DNA of 64,000 nt from Camelus dromedarius (Eukaryota), in NCBI RefSeq assembly GCF_036321535.1, contig NC_087437.1:23748001-23812000 (forward strand). The letters are read 5' to 3'. The translations under genes and the position numbers were made by a program. Below are positions 13,760 to 26,131 of the stretch, piece after piece. Below the pieces are notes generated by a model that worked only from the letters and a program-made list of their open reading frames with translations, searched no databases and had not been told where the DNA came from. The stretch's first letter is position 1; every line of letters begins with the position of its first letter.

Positions 13760-14940
13760 GTTTTCTATCTGGTTCCTTCTATGATTTCTATCTCCCTGTT
13801 TAACTTCTCATTTCGTTCTTGTATTGTTTACTAATTTCATTGAATTGTCTTTCTGTTTTCTTGTGATTCACTGAGCTTCCTTAAAGCAACTATTTTGAAT
13901 GTTTATTGGGCAAATCACAGGTCTTCATTTTTTGGGATGTGGTTACTCGAAAATTCTTGTGTTCGGTGATGTCATATTTCTTGGTTTTCAGGTTTCTTGA
14001 AGTTTTACATTGCTTTTGCAGTTGAAGAAGCAGTCAACTCCTTCAGTCTTTACTGACTGAAGAGAAATGTCTTCTGATAGCCATACTAGGGACTCTGAGG
14101 CTTTCTCAGCCCTTTGTATGAATATGCTTGTTCCAAACTTCTTGTTCCCTGTTGGGGGTAGTTCTTAAGATTTTATGCCTTCTCATTATCCTGCAAAGCC
14201 AGGCCAGGTGCTGATAGCTTCTTGTTTGCTTTCCCTAGGGTGGTGCTGAATGCTCAAGTTTGTCTGATCTTTTTCCCCAACCTTGTATTGTTAGCCCTGC
14301 TTTCTGTGTGTGCTCACTAGCCATCTGCAAATATTCACTCTTGCCACCTTTCGGGATATGCACAGGGAGCTGGCCACAGGGTAGGGATGTGAGTGAGGGT
14401 GAGGCACATGAAGGGTTGGGGGTGCCTGTGGGCCGGTTGGGAGGGATCTGCAGGTGAGGTGTCCCCAGGGGCTAGTGGGTGGGCTACCTGATGGAGTCTG
14501 TGATGCAGTGAGTAGGATCCATGTCCTTTTGATGTCCTCCAAGAGCCCTAGCTACAGTTCTCCCAGTTGTCCCCTCATCGTTCTACACACGTCAGTATTC
14601 TGGATAGGGTGAGAAAGAAGTTGGTCTTTTCGGCAGCATCCTGCACTGGACACTCACTCACACACCCAGCTTTGCTTGATGGGAAAATCACAGCCGAGGT
14701 CTCCCTTGGTACTGGGCTTTGCCGCCTTGGAGTACGGGTGATGTGGGTAAAGTGAAATCCTTCTTCTTACCCTCTTCAATGTGTCCAATCTCTGATACTT
14801 TTTTTACTCCAGCAGCGTGCTGGAGTATCTCTGCTGAACTCCTGGGCTTTCATAAACGCATTATCATTTGTGGGTGACTGTCAAAATCAGTCTTCTTTGG
14901 GTGTAATACGGTAGAAAAATTTTGCCACTTCAATAACATC
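13760..14940 (-). mobile_element. Old L1 5' region (ORF1/5' UTR) fragment
   Basis: ttcactgagcttccttaaagcaactattttgaat is an L1M ORF1-upstream motif, followed by GC-richer 5' UTR-like sequence. Confidence 0.55.
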
Positions 14941-17900
14941 ATTCTCCTCTCATCCCAGTTTTGCAGATCAAAAATATGAGACTCAAAGATGTTTCATTGT
15001 CATTTAGATTTATAAATAGAGCAGTAACACCCAGGCATCCTGAAGAAGATGAATAGCAGGAGTCCTTGAGATGGATTATGAAATGGGGGTGTGGATGGAG
15101 TAACTGTATTGGGGCAGGAAGGAAGAGGCTTATGTAGGGACAGATGTATTTTATATGTGTGGCTAATTATAACTCAGAAACAAGATAAGTTTGGAGATTT
15201 GTTACTCATGAGCTATGATATTTGTTTTTCTGTTCTCTAGATATAAATATGAACATCCACTTCCTACTTTTGATATTGAACACCTGAGTGGGAATCTCAG
15301 AGACTTGTCCTCAGCCCAGGAAGTTTGGCATCCTCTCCAGAAAGAAAGCAAAACTTCCCCTTCTATCAGAACAACAGCAGTGAAGCATCAGCCAAGTTAC
15401 AGATCCTTTTGCCTGAAGACTACAGTTTCCTAATGTAAGCTGTAGGATGTTCATTAGATAGGTCACGAATAGGACCACAGATAGAAAGAAAGGGCAGACA
15501 TCGCTTAGGGTGACCAACAGTTGGAACACATTTGTCTCTGAAACTCCCTATGATGTGGCTACCTGAGAGGTGAGCTTGAAGAGGCTTGGTCCTCTCTGTG
15601 GTCCACATCCACAGCCTCTCAAAGCTCTTGTGAGGAAGAGTCTAAGATGGGACATCCGAACAGCCACAACAGTAAACATTCCATTCAGAACTTTGAAGCG
15701 AATTAGTTCTATGCGTACTCACATGTGTACTAGGATGTAAAGCTGGTGATTCTCCTGCCGTTCTAGGATGGCAGTAGAAGGACAGAGTGCCAAGCACCAC
15801 ACACACTTAGTTTGAATAATTAACCAAGTTGGGGCCGCTTCCTCTTGGGTTTATTGGCAGCTAAACCCCCTACAACTCTGTGTTGAACAGTGAATGTCAA
15901 TTACGACATCACATTTGGTGTCAGGCTTTAAGGCAAAAGGTAAAGACTCTGGTATCTCCAAACAGGAGTGGAAGGTATTCAAAACGGAAGCGAGAGAGAG
16001 AGCATCTCACCGAATGAGGACCTGAAGCAGAGTGATGGGGATACTATAGTCAGCTTCCCTCATGCGTGAGCCAGTTTGCTAACCTTAGCTATGGTCCACA
16101 CACAGACTTGGACATTTGTGAACCCCCTTGAATCAAGGGAAGGGACTTGCACATCCTGTGAATGGATGTGAGCATGAGAGGCCACCTGGTCTCTGCCCGT
16201 GATGTCACTGAAGCTCTGGTGGGGGTGTTCCCTGTCAATAGGGATGCGGTTCAGCCCCTAGCTCATACTCGAGCTGTTCAGGGGAGAGAGACAAGTGCCT
16301 GCTGACCACCAGGAGGAGAAAAGACCCTGATGATAAAGGCTGCCACTTAGTGGAACATGAAACTAGCCCAAAAGGAACTCTGCCCTGTGGGTGGCTAACT
16401 TCTCCCTAGGGAAGATGAGAGAGGTTAAATACATACAGGCCAGTAGCAACTCATACGCCCTCAGTCAAATCGAAACCTTGAAAACCTCCCCTATCTCTGG
16501 ACCCAGAAGGATCAAATAAACAGCCCAGAAATGTACCCCCTTGGCCCCAGTAACCTGCAACACAGGTTTCAGAGAAGTGACATAAATCAGTAATTAAAGG
16601 AAATATAGAGATACTGTCTCACTTAAAATCTAGTATAAATTTGAGTTTTGAAAGAGACATATTGCCTCTTCAGAAGTATCTTTATTCAGAACTTCCCTCT
16701 TTTAAAAAGCTGCAGTATTCAGTGATTTAAAAATATGTATTATGCACCCTATCATATTTTACATAAAACTCAAAATGTTGGAGTAGGTAGCCTATTTTAA
16801 TCATGGAATTGCATGAACCTCTAAAGTTTTCTTTTGACCCCCCTGTTTCTTTCTTACCATGATTTAACTTGCATTTTACAAACAAAATCAAGGGAAACTA
16901 AAATGAAGAATAGATACTTGGTAAACTGCTAGAGACTAGCCCAGTTTAACTAAATGCCCTGCCGCGGCATACTCTACCCCATTGCCCAATCAGTGGTCCA
17001 AAGTTAAAAGGCAGACATGTAGAGAAACCAGATCAGAGTAATATTCAAGGGGATTCAGCCTCAATACCTGGACTGGAAAGAGTAGCTGACTGGGTGCTAG
17101 GAGCCCAGGCATGATTTTCTGGATATTTTAGCTGCCTCTGCCTGGAGCATCTCTTCTGCCCCAGCAGCTACTCTGCTTTAGCTCCTCCCCCCCCCACCCC
17201 CAAAGCTCTCTGCCCAGGTGCTGGACACTTTAGCCAGACCACCCACCCAGAACTTCTCAAAGGCTGAAAACAGCTCCATTCCCTGCCTCTGCATCCTCTT
17301 CCCACACTTACCCCTTAGTCAGGGACATCCAGTGACTCAGCTTTCACTGTCACAACCCACCCCACGGTGGGCTGGTTCCTAGGCCCTAGGTGTGCCCTCG
17401 ACTTCCCCTCTCCTGGGCCTCAGGCACTTCCAGAGCAGGACAAGAAGCTTCCCACCCTTTGTCTTCCCTCTCAGGACAAGGAACTCGGGGTGTAGGGCTG
17501 GAGGGGTAGGAGGATGAAGGGGTGGGAGTGCAGAAGCCACTTCCCCGTCCTAGGATAATGTAGACTCAGTACTGTCTGCAGTTGCGCCCCAGCCCAGCCA
17601 CGTGGCCCCAGAGGAGTGGCCTCACTTTGCTTTCCTGAGCTTTTCCACTCTGGCAGATTTCTAACTGCGATCATTAGGTTTGTCTACTTGTTGAGGTTTG
17701 TCCACTGGTCGAGTCTCTTTAGACTGAGAGATGCTATCACCCCTCCTCCCTCAGACCCATCACCCATCAACTCCCCTCACATTCACACACCCAGACACAG
17801 CACTCAGGTTTCTAGCCAGTCCTGGATCTGTGAACGCCTCCTGAGTGATGATGTGACTAAAGAGATAAATTGGGCAAATCCGCAGTCTCTGACTTCAGGC

Positions 17901-18279
17901 TGCTTTGAATTGGGGAACAGGAGGTTTACAGTGCCTGCTTGAGACTGACGCTTATCTCGAATATCAGAAAATACTCTGTCCCCTATTCCCCAGCCCCAGA
18001 CTAACAAGCACTGAGTGAAAAGAAGAATGAATTATGGATGGAGCGCTGTAAGATTCTCTCCGAGGAGATATTCAGTAAAACTTTCTAGTAAACTGGCCCA
18101 CATTCTGAACATAAGCTATCACCAGCAGAATATGAAATCTGGAGTGCACCAAGGGTAACTGCAACAACCAACTGCGAACTAAGCCAAAGGCCTCACTAGA
18201 AAAACACAAGTTGCTGGGCAAAAAGCTGACGACAAGGGAAGATGAGCTCATTGAGCATTAAAACATAATTAATTTGAGG

Positions 18280-18900
18280 AAGGTAAGGTCCAAGATGACA
18301 TAGGAGGCTCCAGAATTCACCTCCTTCCAAGGACACACAGCACCTACAGCCATACACAGAATAATTCTAAAAGAAATTCTGAAACTACCAGAGCAACTTC
18401 TTTATGTGGGGCAAATGAGAAAAACAAAACCCTTACATTGAAATAGGTAGGAATGGCTGTGATAAACAATCTCCATAAACCCTATGCCTGGCACATTGCC
18501 ACGTAATTGAGAGGGAACTCACAACTCCGAGAATCTCCCTGAAGAGAAAAATGTCTGGACCCAACTCAAGCATCCCAATTTCTAAGACTTCCCCTTGAGG
18601 GATGGGCCCCCAAAATACCTAGTTCTACAAGTGATCAAGGCTTGCCTCTGTGAGACCCACAGGACTACAGCGAGCAAGGAAACAGTTCATAAGGGTCTCC
18701 CAAAGACTTCCTGTGCCTATCCCACCGAGCTCAGCACAGAGGCAGCAGACAGAAATACCCATCTGTAATTCATTGCCTGAAAGATGCCTATTTGCATAAT
18801 TTAAAAGCTGCAGCCTGAGGGTCAGGCTTTCCGTTTAACACAACCTAGGGCTGACTGCTCCTTTTCAGAAACTGGGAAGGCCGGTGGGCCGTGTCATCAC
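18280..18900 (+). mobile_element. L1 5' UTR fragment
   Basis: caagatgacataggaggctccagaattcacctcc resembles an L1 5' start. Confidence 0.5.
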
Positions 18901-18904
18901 ACTC

Positions 18905-19705
18905 TGTCAGCAAGAGGCACGGCAAGCCAAAATGTTGAGATACTGACTTGAAGCAAAGAAAGGGTTTATTCACAAGGCTACTTTAGTTTTTATTCTGTGG
19001 GACAGACATAACTCCTTTGATGTAAGAAACAGGAAAGGCTGGGAGCAGGGCTGGTGGAGCACCTTACAAGTCCAATTATGACATTTCCATTCACAATCTT
19101 TGTAAGACAATTATGTTTCAGTCTGAATCTTGACATTGAAGTGTATGTTTACAAAATTGGCAGTTAGATAAACTAAGTGTGTAAGACCATTAAATAGAAA
19201 AGGCAGCCAAGTGAGTAGACAGGAGAAGATCTGCCTCCCCAAAGACAAGGGTCTTGGCATATTTATGAGATAAAGAATAAAAAAATCAGGATAGTATGAA
19301 GCATGGATAATGTGGGGAAAGGTGATTGGGAAAAGGTGTGGTAATTGTTCTGCACAGGTACAGCTAGGCTATAGGCCTCTGCAAGTTAAAAAAAAAAATG
19401 GAGGCATGTAGCATGAGATGAGGTTGGAGTTCTTGGCTCTCTGACATCAGAGGGTCACCTAGTGGACATTGTATATGCCCAGTTGGAGGGTTGGTGGTCC
19501 TATCCAGTCTTAACCAGCTCAGCTCCAACTAGACACAGCTGACTCCAAGTTCCTGGACAACAACTCAAGCAAACATCTTATTGTTTAGGCCATGTGCCTC
19601 TCTGAGGACATGCAAGTCTTATGTGGCAGCAAATTAAAATGACCTTGATTAGTGAAGGCAGGTTACAGGTGAAATGGATTTAACTAATGAGTACCCCTGA
19701 GTTAA
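18905..19705 (-). mobile_element. ERV LTR-like element inserted between L1 5' UTR and ORF2 segments
   Basis: Begins TGTCA; aaagggtttatt (minus-strand AATAAA); ggcatatttat TATA-like region. Confidence 0.5.
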
Positions 19706-22700
19706 TCTCTAATAATCTGTTACTAGCTTTACACCTGAAGGTACTAGAAAAGAAGAACAAACTAAGTCCAAAGGGAGTAGAATGAAGGGTAATAAAGATC
19801 AGAGCAGAATCAAATAAAATATAGAAAAAAATTAAAAAGATAAATGGAGTTAAGAATGGAGTTTAAAAGGGTAAACAAAATAGACAAACCTTATCTAGAC
19901 TCACTAAGGAAAAAGAGAGAGGACTCATAAATAAATTTAAAATGAATGAGAAGTAACAACTGATACCACAGAGCTACAAAGAATTATGAGAAATTACAAT
20001 GAACTATACACCAACAAATTGGACAACCTAGGATAAATAGATACGTCCCTAGAAACAAATAAACATCTAAGACTGAATCGTCAGTAAATAGAACATCTGA
20101 GCAAACCAATCTCCTAGTAGTAAGGAGACTGAATCAGTAATCAAAAACCTCACAACAAACAAAAGTCTGGGACCAGATGGCTTCACTGGTGAATTTTACC
20201 AAATATTTAAAGAAGGATGAATACCTATCCTTCTCAAAGTCTTTCAAAAAAAGGAAGAAAGGGAAACACTTCCCATCTCATTTTAAGAGGCCAGCCTTAC
20301 CCTGATATAAGAACCAGGCAAGTATACTATAGGTAAAGAAAATTATAGGCCAATATCCTTGATGAATGTAAATGCAAAAATTCTCAACTGAATATTAGGA
20401 AAGCATATTCAACAATATATTCAAAGAATCATATACCATAGTCAAGTGAGGTGTATTCCAGGGATGCAGAGATGGTCCAGAATGCACAAATCAATCCATG
20501 TGACATAACACTTTATCAAATAAAGAATGGAAGTCATATCATCATCTCGATACATGCAAAAAAAGTATCAGATAAAATTCAACATCCATTCACGATGAAA
20601 ACTCTCAACAAACTGGGTATAGAAGAAACATAGCTCCACATAATAAAGGTCATTTATAACAAGCCAGCAGGTAATATACTCAATGGTGAAAAGCAGAAAG
20701 CTTCTGCAAACATCAGGAACAAGGAAAGAATGCCCACTCTTGTCAGTTTTATGCAACATAGTAGTGGAAGTTAGTTGGAACAGTTAGGTGAGAAAACGAA
20801 ATAAAAGGCATCCAAATCAGACAGAAATAAGTAAAACTGTCTCTATTCACAGAAGACTTGATATTATATATAGAAAACTCCCAACTCCACCAATAAACTA
20901 TTAGAACTAATCAATGTGTTATTAAAGTTGCCGAATAGAGAAACAATATACAAAAATTAGTTGCATTTCTGTATGCTATGAACTATGCAAAAGAGAAATT
21001 ACGGAAACAATTCTGTTTACAATTGTATCAAAGAGAATAAGTTATCTAGAAATAAATTTCACCAAGGTGGTGAAAACTATGTACACTGCAAGCTATAAGA
21101 CATTGATGAAAGAAATTGAAGAGATGAATAAATGGACAGATAGCCTTTGATTAAAAGAATTAATATTTTTCAAATATCCATACTATCCAAAGCAATATAC
21201 AGATTCAGCGCAATCCCTATCAAAATTCCAATGGGAGTTTTCACTGAAAGAGAAAGAAAATTCCTAAAGTGTGCATGGAATCTCAAAAACCCTGAATAGC
21301 CAAAGCAATCTTGAGAAAGAATAACAAAGATGGAAGCATGTATATTTCAAACTGTTACTCATCTGTGGTCATCAAAAACAGTATGAAATTGGCATAAAAA
21401 TGCATGTAGATCAGGAACAATCAGAAGTAAACCCATGCATATGTTGTCATTTCACTTGTGATGAAGGATATATAAATACAATGAGAAAAGAATAGTCTTT
21501 AATAAATGGTGCTGGCAACACTGGATAGCTACATGCAAAGGAATGACACTGGAGCACTCTCTTATACCATACACCAAAATCAATTCAAAATGAAGTAAAG
21601 ATTTGAATGTAAGACCTGAAAACACAAAACTCCTAGAAGAAAACTTAAGGGCAATATCTTTGACATTGGTCTTGACAATGATTTTTTTTTAAGGTTTGAC
21701 ACCAAAGCAAAAGCGACAAGTGGGGCTACATCAAACTAAAAAGCTTTTGCACAGCATAAGAAACTATTAATAAAATGAAAAAGGAGCCTCCAAAAAGAGA
21801 GAAAATATTTGCCAATCATATATTTTGTAAGGGGTTAATACACAAAATATTAAAGAACTCATATAATTCAAAAGCACAAAAAAAGAATCTGATTTAAAAC
21901 TGGGCAGAGGATCTGAATAAACATGTTTTCCAAAGAAGACATACAAATGGCCAATAGATACACTCAAATGTGCTCAACATTGCTTATTATCAGAGAAATG
22001 CAAATCAAAATGACAATGTGGTGTTACTTCACACCGATTAGAATGGCTATTTTCAGAAAGGTAAGAAATAAGACATACTGTGTTGACAAGGTCCTGGAGA
22101 AAAGGGAACTCTTGTGCTCTTTTGGTGGAAATGTAAGTTGGGGCAACTAATATGGAAAAGAGTACGGAGATTCCTCAAAAATTAAAAATAGAACAACCAT
22201 GTGATGCAGCCATTCCACTTCTGGGCATTCAAGCAAAGGAAGTTAAATCATTATTTCAGAAAGGTATCTGAACACACATGTTCATCACAGCATTACTTAC
22301 ATTAGCCAGGACTTGAAAACAACCTAAATGTCCATCCACAGAAGAATGGATAACAAAACTGTGGTATATGTATACAGTGGAATTCAGCCATAAAAAGAAG
22401 GAATCCCTGCCATTTACAGTAACATGGATGGAGCTTGAGCACATTATGCTGAATGATATATATCAGATAGAGAAAGACAAATACTGTGTGATTTCACCTA
22501 TATGTGGAAACTATTGAAATCTGAACTCACAGACACAGAGTACAGAGGGTGGTTGTCAATTGCGGGGAGTTAGAGGGTTAGCAAAATGAGTGAATGCTGT
22601 GAAAAGGTACAAACTTTCAGTTATAAGATAAATTAGTCCTGGGGATGTAATGTACAGCACGGTGACTATAGTTGGTAATACTGTGTCACATATTTGAAAG

Positions 22701-22880
22701 TTGCTGAGAGAGTAAATCTTAATTCTCATCACATGGGAAAAATTGTAATTATATGAGGGGATAGATGATAACTAAACTTACTGTGGTAATCCTTTTGCAA
22801 TATAAACATAAACCATCATGTTGTACATCTAAAACCAATAACAATGTTATATGTCATTTGTATTTCAATAAAACTTTGAA
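19706..22880 (+). mobile_element. L1 ORF2 remnants and 3' UTR
   Basis: [19 protein letters not shown] and [11 protein letters not shown] fragments; ends with tcaataaaa. Confidence 0.93.
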
Positions 22881-23102
22881 ATATTATTTTACTGTGTGCT
22901 GTCATAAAACAGCATGTCACAATTCCTGATACTGTGTCTTACTGAATCCTATGACGTGACACTCAACTTATTTTTTCCTCTTACTGACAATGGTCACTTT
23001 GATCACATGATCATAGTGGGGGCTGCTGAGCTTTTAACTTTAAAAAAGTTACTTTTTCCCTCTTAAAAATTAAAAGGATTTCATGAGAGACTATATTAAA
23101 AT

Positions 23103-23137
<35 letters not shown>
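23103..23137. repeat. (TA)n microsatellite
   Basis: TA run with one CA interruption. Confidence 0.9.
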
Positions 23138-23138
<1 letters not shown>

Positions 23139-25240
23139 TTTTTCTTCATCAAACTTAATTTTCATGTTTATTGTATGTGTAGGTGCACAGTGTTCTTTTA
23201 TTTAATGGTAATAATCTCTTATAAAAGGTTTTGATGTTCAGATTGTCCTTAATTTTGTGGCTGGAGCCCTTTCAACTTTATCCTTTTTGACACGCCACCA
23301 TCATTCCTTGAGCACCTCCTTGCTATTCCATTAGTTGTTCGAGGCTCATCTTGTACTTTTCCTGGCTTCAACTCTAGGATCAGCCATTTCTCAAAGAGCC
23401 CAGTTTGAGTGGAGAATGGTATTCAGAAACCAAGAGCTAGGACTTGGTAGGTAGAATGATGACCTGAGATATGACATTTTCTCTTTGTTCTTTTCAGGGT
23501 GAAAATGACAGGAAAAGGGAGTCCCTGCTCCGAATGATCCATGACCCCACATCTCTCTAAGTCACATCACGCTGACGGACAGAATCTCTGAACTGGTAAG
23601 GTCTCTGCTCAAAGGCAGACATGGGAAATGGGGGACAAGGTCACAATACCTTTATAGGATTTCTCTTTGTTTTACATACTTTGGTCCTTTAAATGTCTGT
23701 GATTAAACAGTGCTAAATTGGTTGAGCCTTATTGATGAAGTAAGAAAAAATGAACTAGACTGTGGGAATATCATGGAATTTAGGCCACAGAAACCATTCT
23801 ACTAAGGCCTAACAACATCTGTAATAATTGTTTTGTGAATAATCATAAATAGGTATTTTCATAATTTTTTCTAATATATGGCAAATTCATTCACCTAAAA
23901 GAATATGATCTGTACTGATTGTAAATAAGTTTTCTTCTTAAAATTATTCTCTTGGTTCCATCTGATTTCTCTTTCTGGAATTCCTATTATGCATAAATTG
24001 AAATTGATCTCTCTATTCCTCAAAAATCACCTTTTTTCCTCTAAACTCTGACTTCCTGAAGAGTTTCTAAAATCTGTCTTTTACTTTATTGTGTTATCTT
24101 TCTTCTATCATACTTTAACATGTGGTCATCATATGTTTCAACCTTACTAAAATTTTGCCACCTCAGAATGTTCCCCTTTTCTCTATTGCTTGTTCCAAAA
24201 AACATATGCAACATCTCCTCAAATCTCATTGAGATTACAAATTATGATACTTTTTGTAATTCCTGATATTTTTCTCATTTACATTTCTAATATTTGATCA
24301 TTTTTCTCTTTGTAAATAATGAGAAGGAGTTTGTCTAATATTTGAACTTAATGGGTTCTGCAGATAGTGTTTCTGCTTACGTCTTCTGTGCACAGTTGAA
24401 AACAGAAGGAACTGTTCAGATTAATTGCTGGGTTGTTTTTTGTTTTTTTGCTTTGCTTAGCCAGAGATCCTAGGTCCCATGCAAAGAAGAGGGAAAACGG
24501 GGGAGGGGAGGAATGATAGCAAGATGTAGCTGTCATGAGATAATGTCAGTCCTTTAGCCTCATTTTGGGTTGGTTGTGGTGCCTGACCGCTGGCCTGGAA
24601 AGCCCTCCCCTTCTCTAACTGGCGTAACTAATGCCACTGGGATCCAGCTGTGCAAGTACCTCGTTTACCTGGCATGCTGTCTGTACCAACTGTAAACTGA
24701 ATGTGAGTACCTGTGTTACACCTCATCATTGGAATCTGGCATCTGGTGAATTGATTAGGCTAATGAAAGGTGACCTGGACACCACTTTTCTTGCAGCTCC
24801 CCTGCCCTCCCGGTGTTCTCAGCATCAGGAGCCAGTGGTGCTGGAGTTCTGCTGAGATGACAGGGAATCTCTCCCCTAAGCTCTTGTTTCTTAAACACAC
24901 TTTTCCTTTGCATGAAGTAAATTGAAGTTTAGACATCTCCTCTCACTGGATTCAATTTTGTCTACAAAACAGAGTATAAAAATTTCTTTATCTTTCTGAT
25001 AGATAGAAATTTTAGTTTTCCAATGCTGGATTTGATTTTACTAATGGTGTCATATGCTTTTGCTCCTTTTAAGGAGATCTGAAAGGGAATGAAAGGTAAA
25101 TGTACAGGGTTCAGAATACCACCTGACTTGATTGTTCATGGTTTGTTTAAAAATACCGAATATGCAAAGAAATATATCAACAATTTAAAATTTTTAGTGG
25201 TTTGATTATTGGTACATTTAATACTAGACCCATATTGAAG

Positions 25241-26071
25241 TTTATTTTCTGCAAAGGTATATGTGTGCTCTATTAACACATAGAGTAATATCGAGGTTAC
25301 TGTGTTCTATAAATGCTAGAATGTAGGTGCTAACTATTCCATATATAAATAGTTACTTCAAAAATGATAACGATATCCTAGTTATAGAGTGAGTTCTTAC
25401 AATGTGTCCTTCTCTGGGACAGAATTATATTTTTCTTTGTTCACTGAAAACTATCAAAATGGTAATTTATTGTCTTGTCATTATGAAGACTTTATTTATG
25501 TTAGCAGATTAGTTTATCTAAAAGTTAAATATAATGTGAATTCCTGACTGTAAAACAAATGCATTTTACTTTTCCTTAAATTCCATATTGAGAATTATTT
25601 GAACATAATTGTAAAGGAAACTGAAATTATGTGAATCCTTGAATATACAGGATTTACAAAATAACATGAGTTGTTACATATAAAATAACTAGATTTAATA
25701 AAGTATAATTTTATAATATAATTCCTTTAATAAGTTTTTCATTAATTTTTGCTATAAAAATGGAAAATAAACCAGAGTATAATTGAAAACAGTTTTTCAT
25801 AAGAAATTTCATGTCTAAGCTTAAAAAGTCCTATGTCATTTTTCCCAAATACAGAGTGAACATTCAAAGAAAATGTATAAAAACATTTATAAGCCAGGGA
25901 ACAGAAAATAAACTATATAGTTTCAAAGTGAAGTCACATTCTGGGACTACAGGCATCACAGAGTATTCCACATGTGGTATTTGACTCCAAGAGAAAAAAA
26001 ACAATGAGTCTTCCATTTATATAGTCCCAATCAGTATAGACGTTAAATTTTCTGATGCTTTCATCAGTCTG
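25241..26071 (-). other. Probable 3' UTR of gene A with candidate AATAAA signals
   Basis: AT-rich unique sequence after the stop codon; minus-strand AATAAA at about 25491, 25466 and 25241. The actual cleavage site is unknown. Confidence 0.45.
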
Positions 26072-26131
26072 CTACCATATTCCTAATGTCAAAAGCTGAA
26101 AGCATCCATTGTTTTCATAAAACATGAAATC
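26072..26131 (-). CDS. PLSCR2: Gene A last coding exon: [19 protein letters not shown]
   Basis: tatatag|GATTTCATGTTTTATGAA...TGG TAG; homologous to PLSCR1 DFMFFE...GVW*. Confidence 0.92.
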   Translation of the reverse strand, partial: DFMFYENNGCFQLLTLGIW

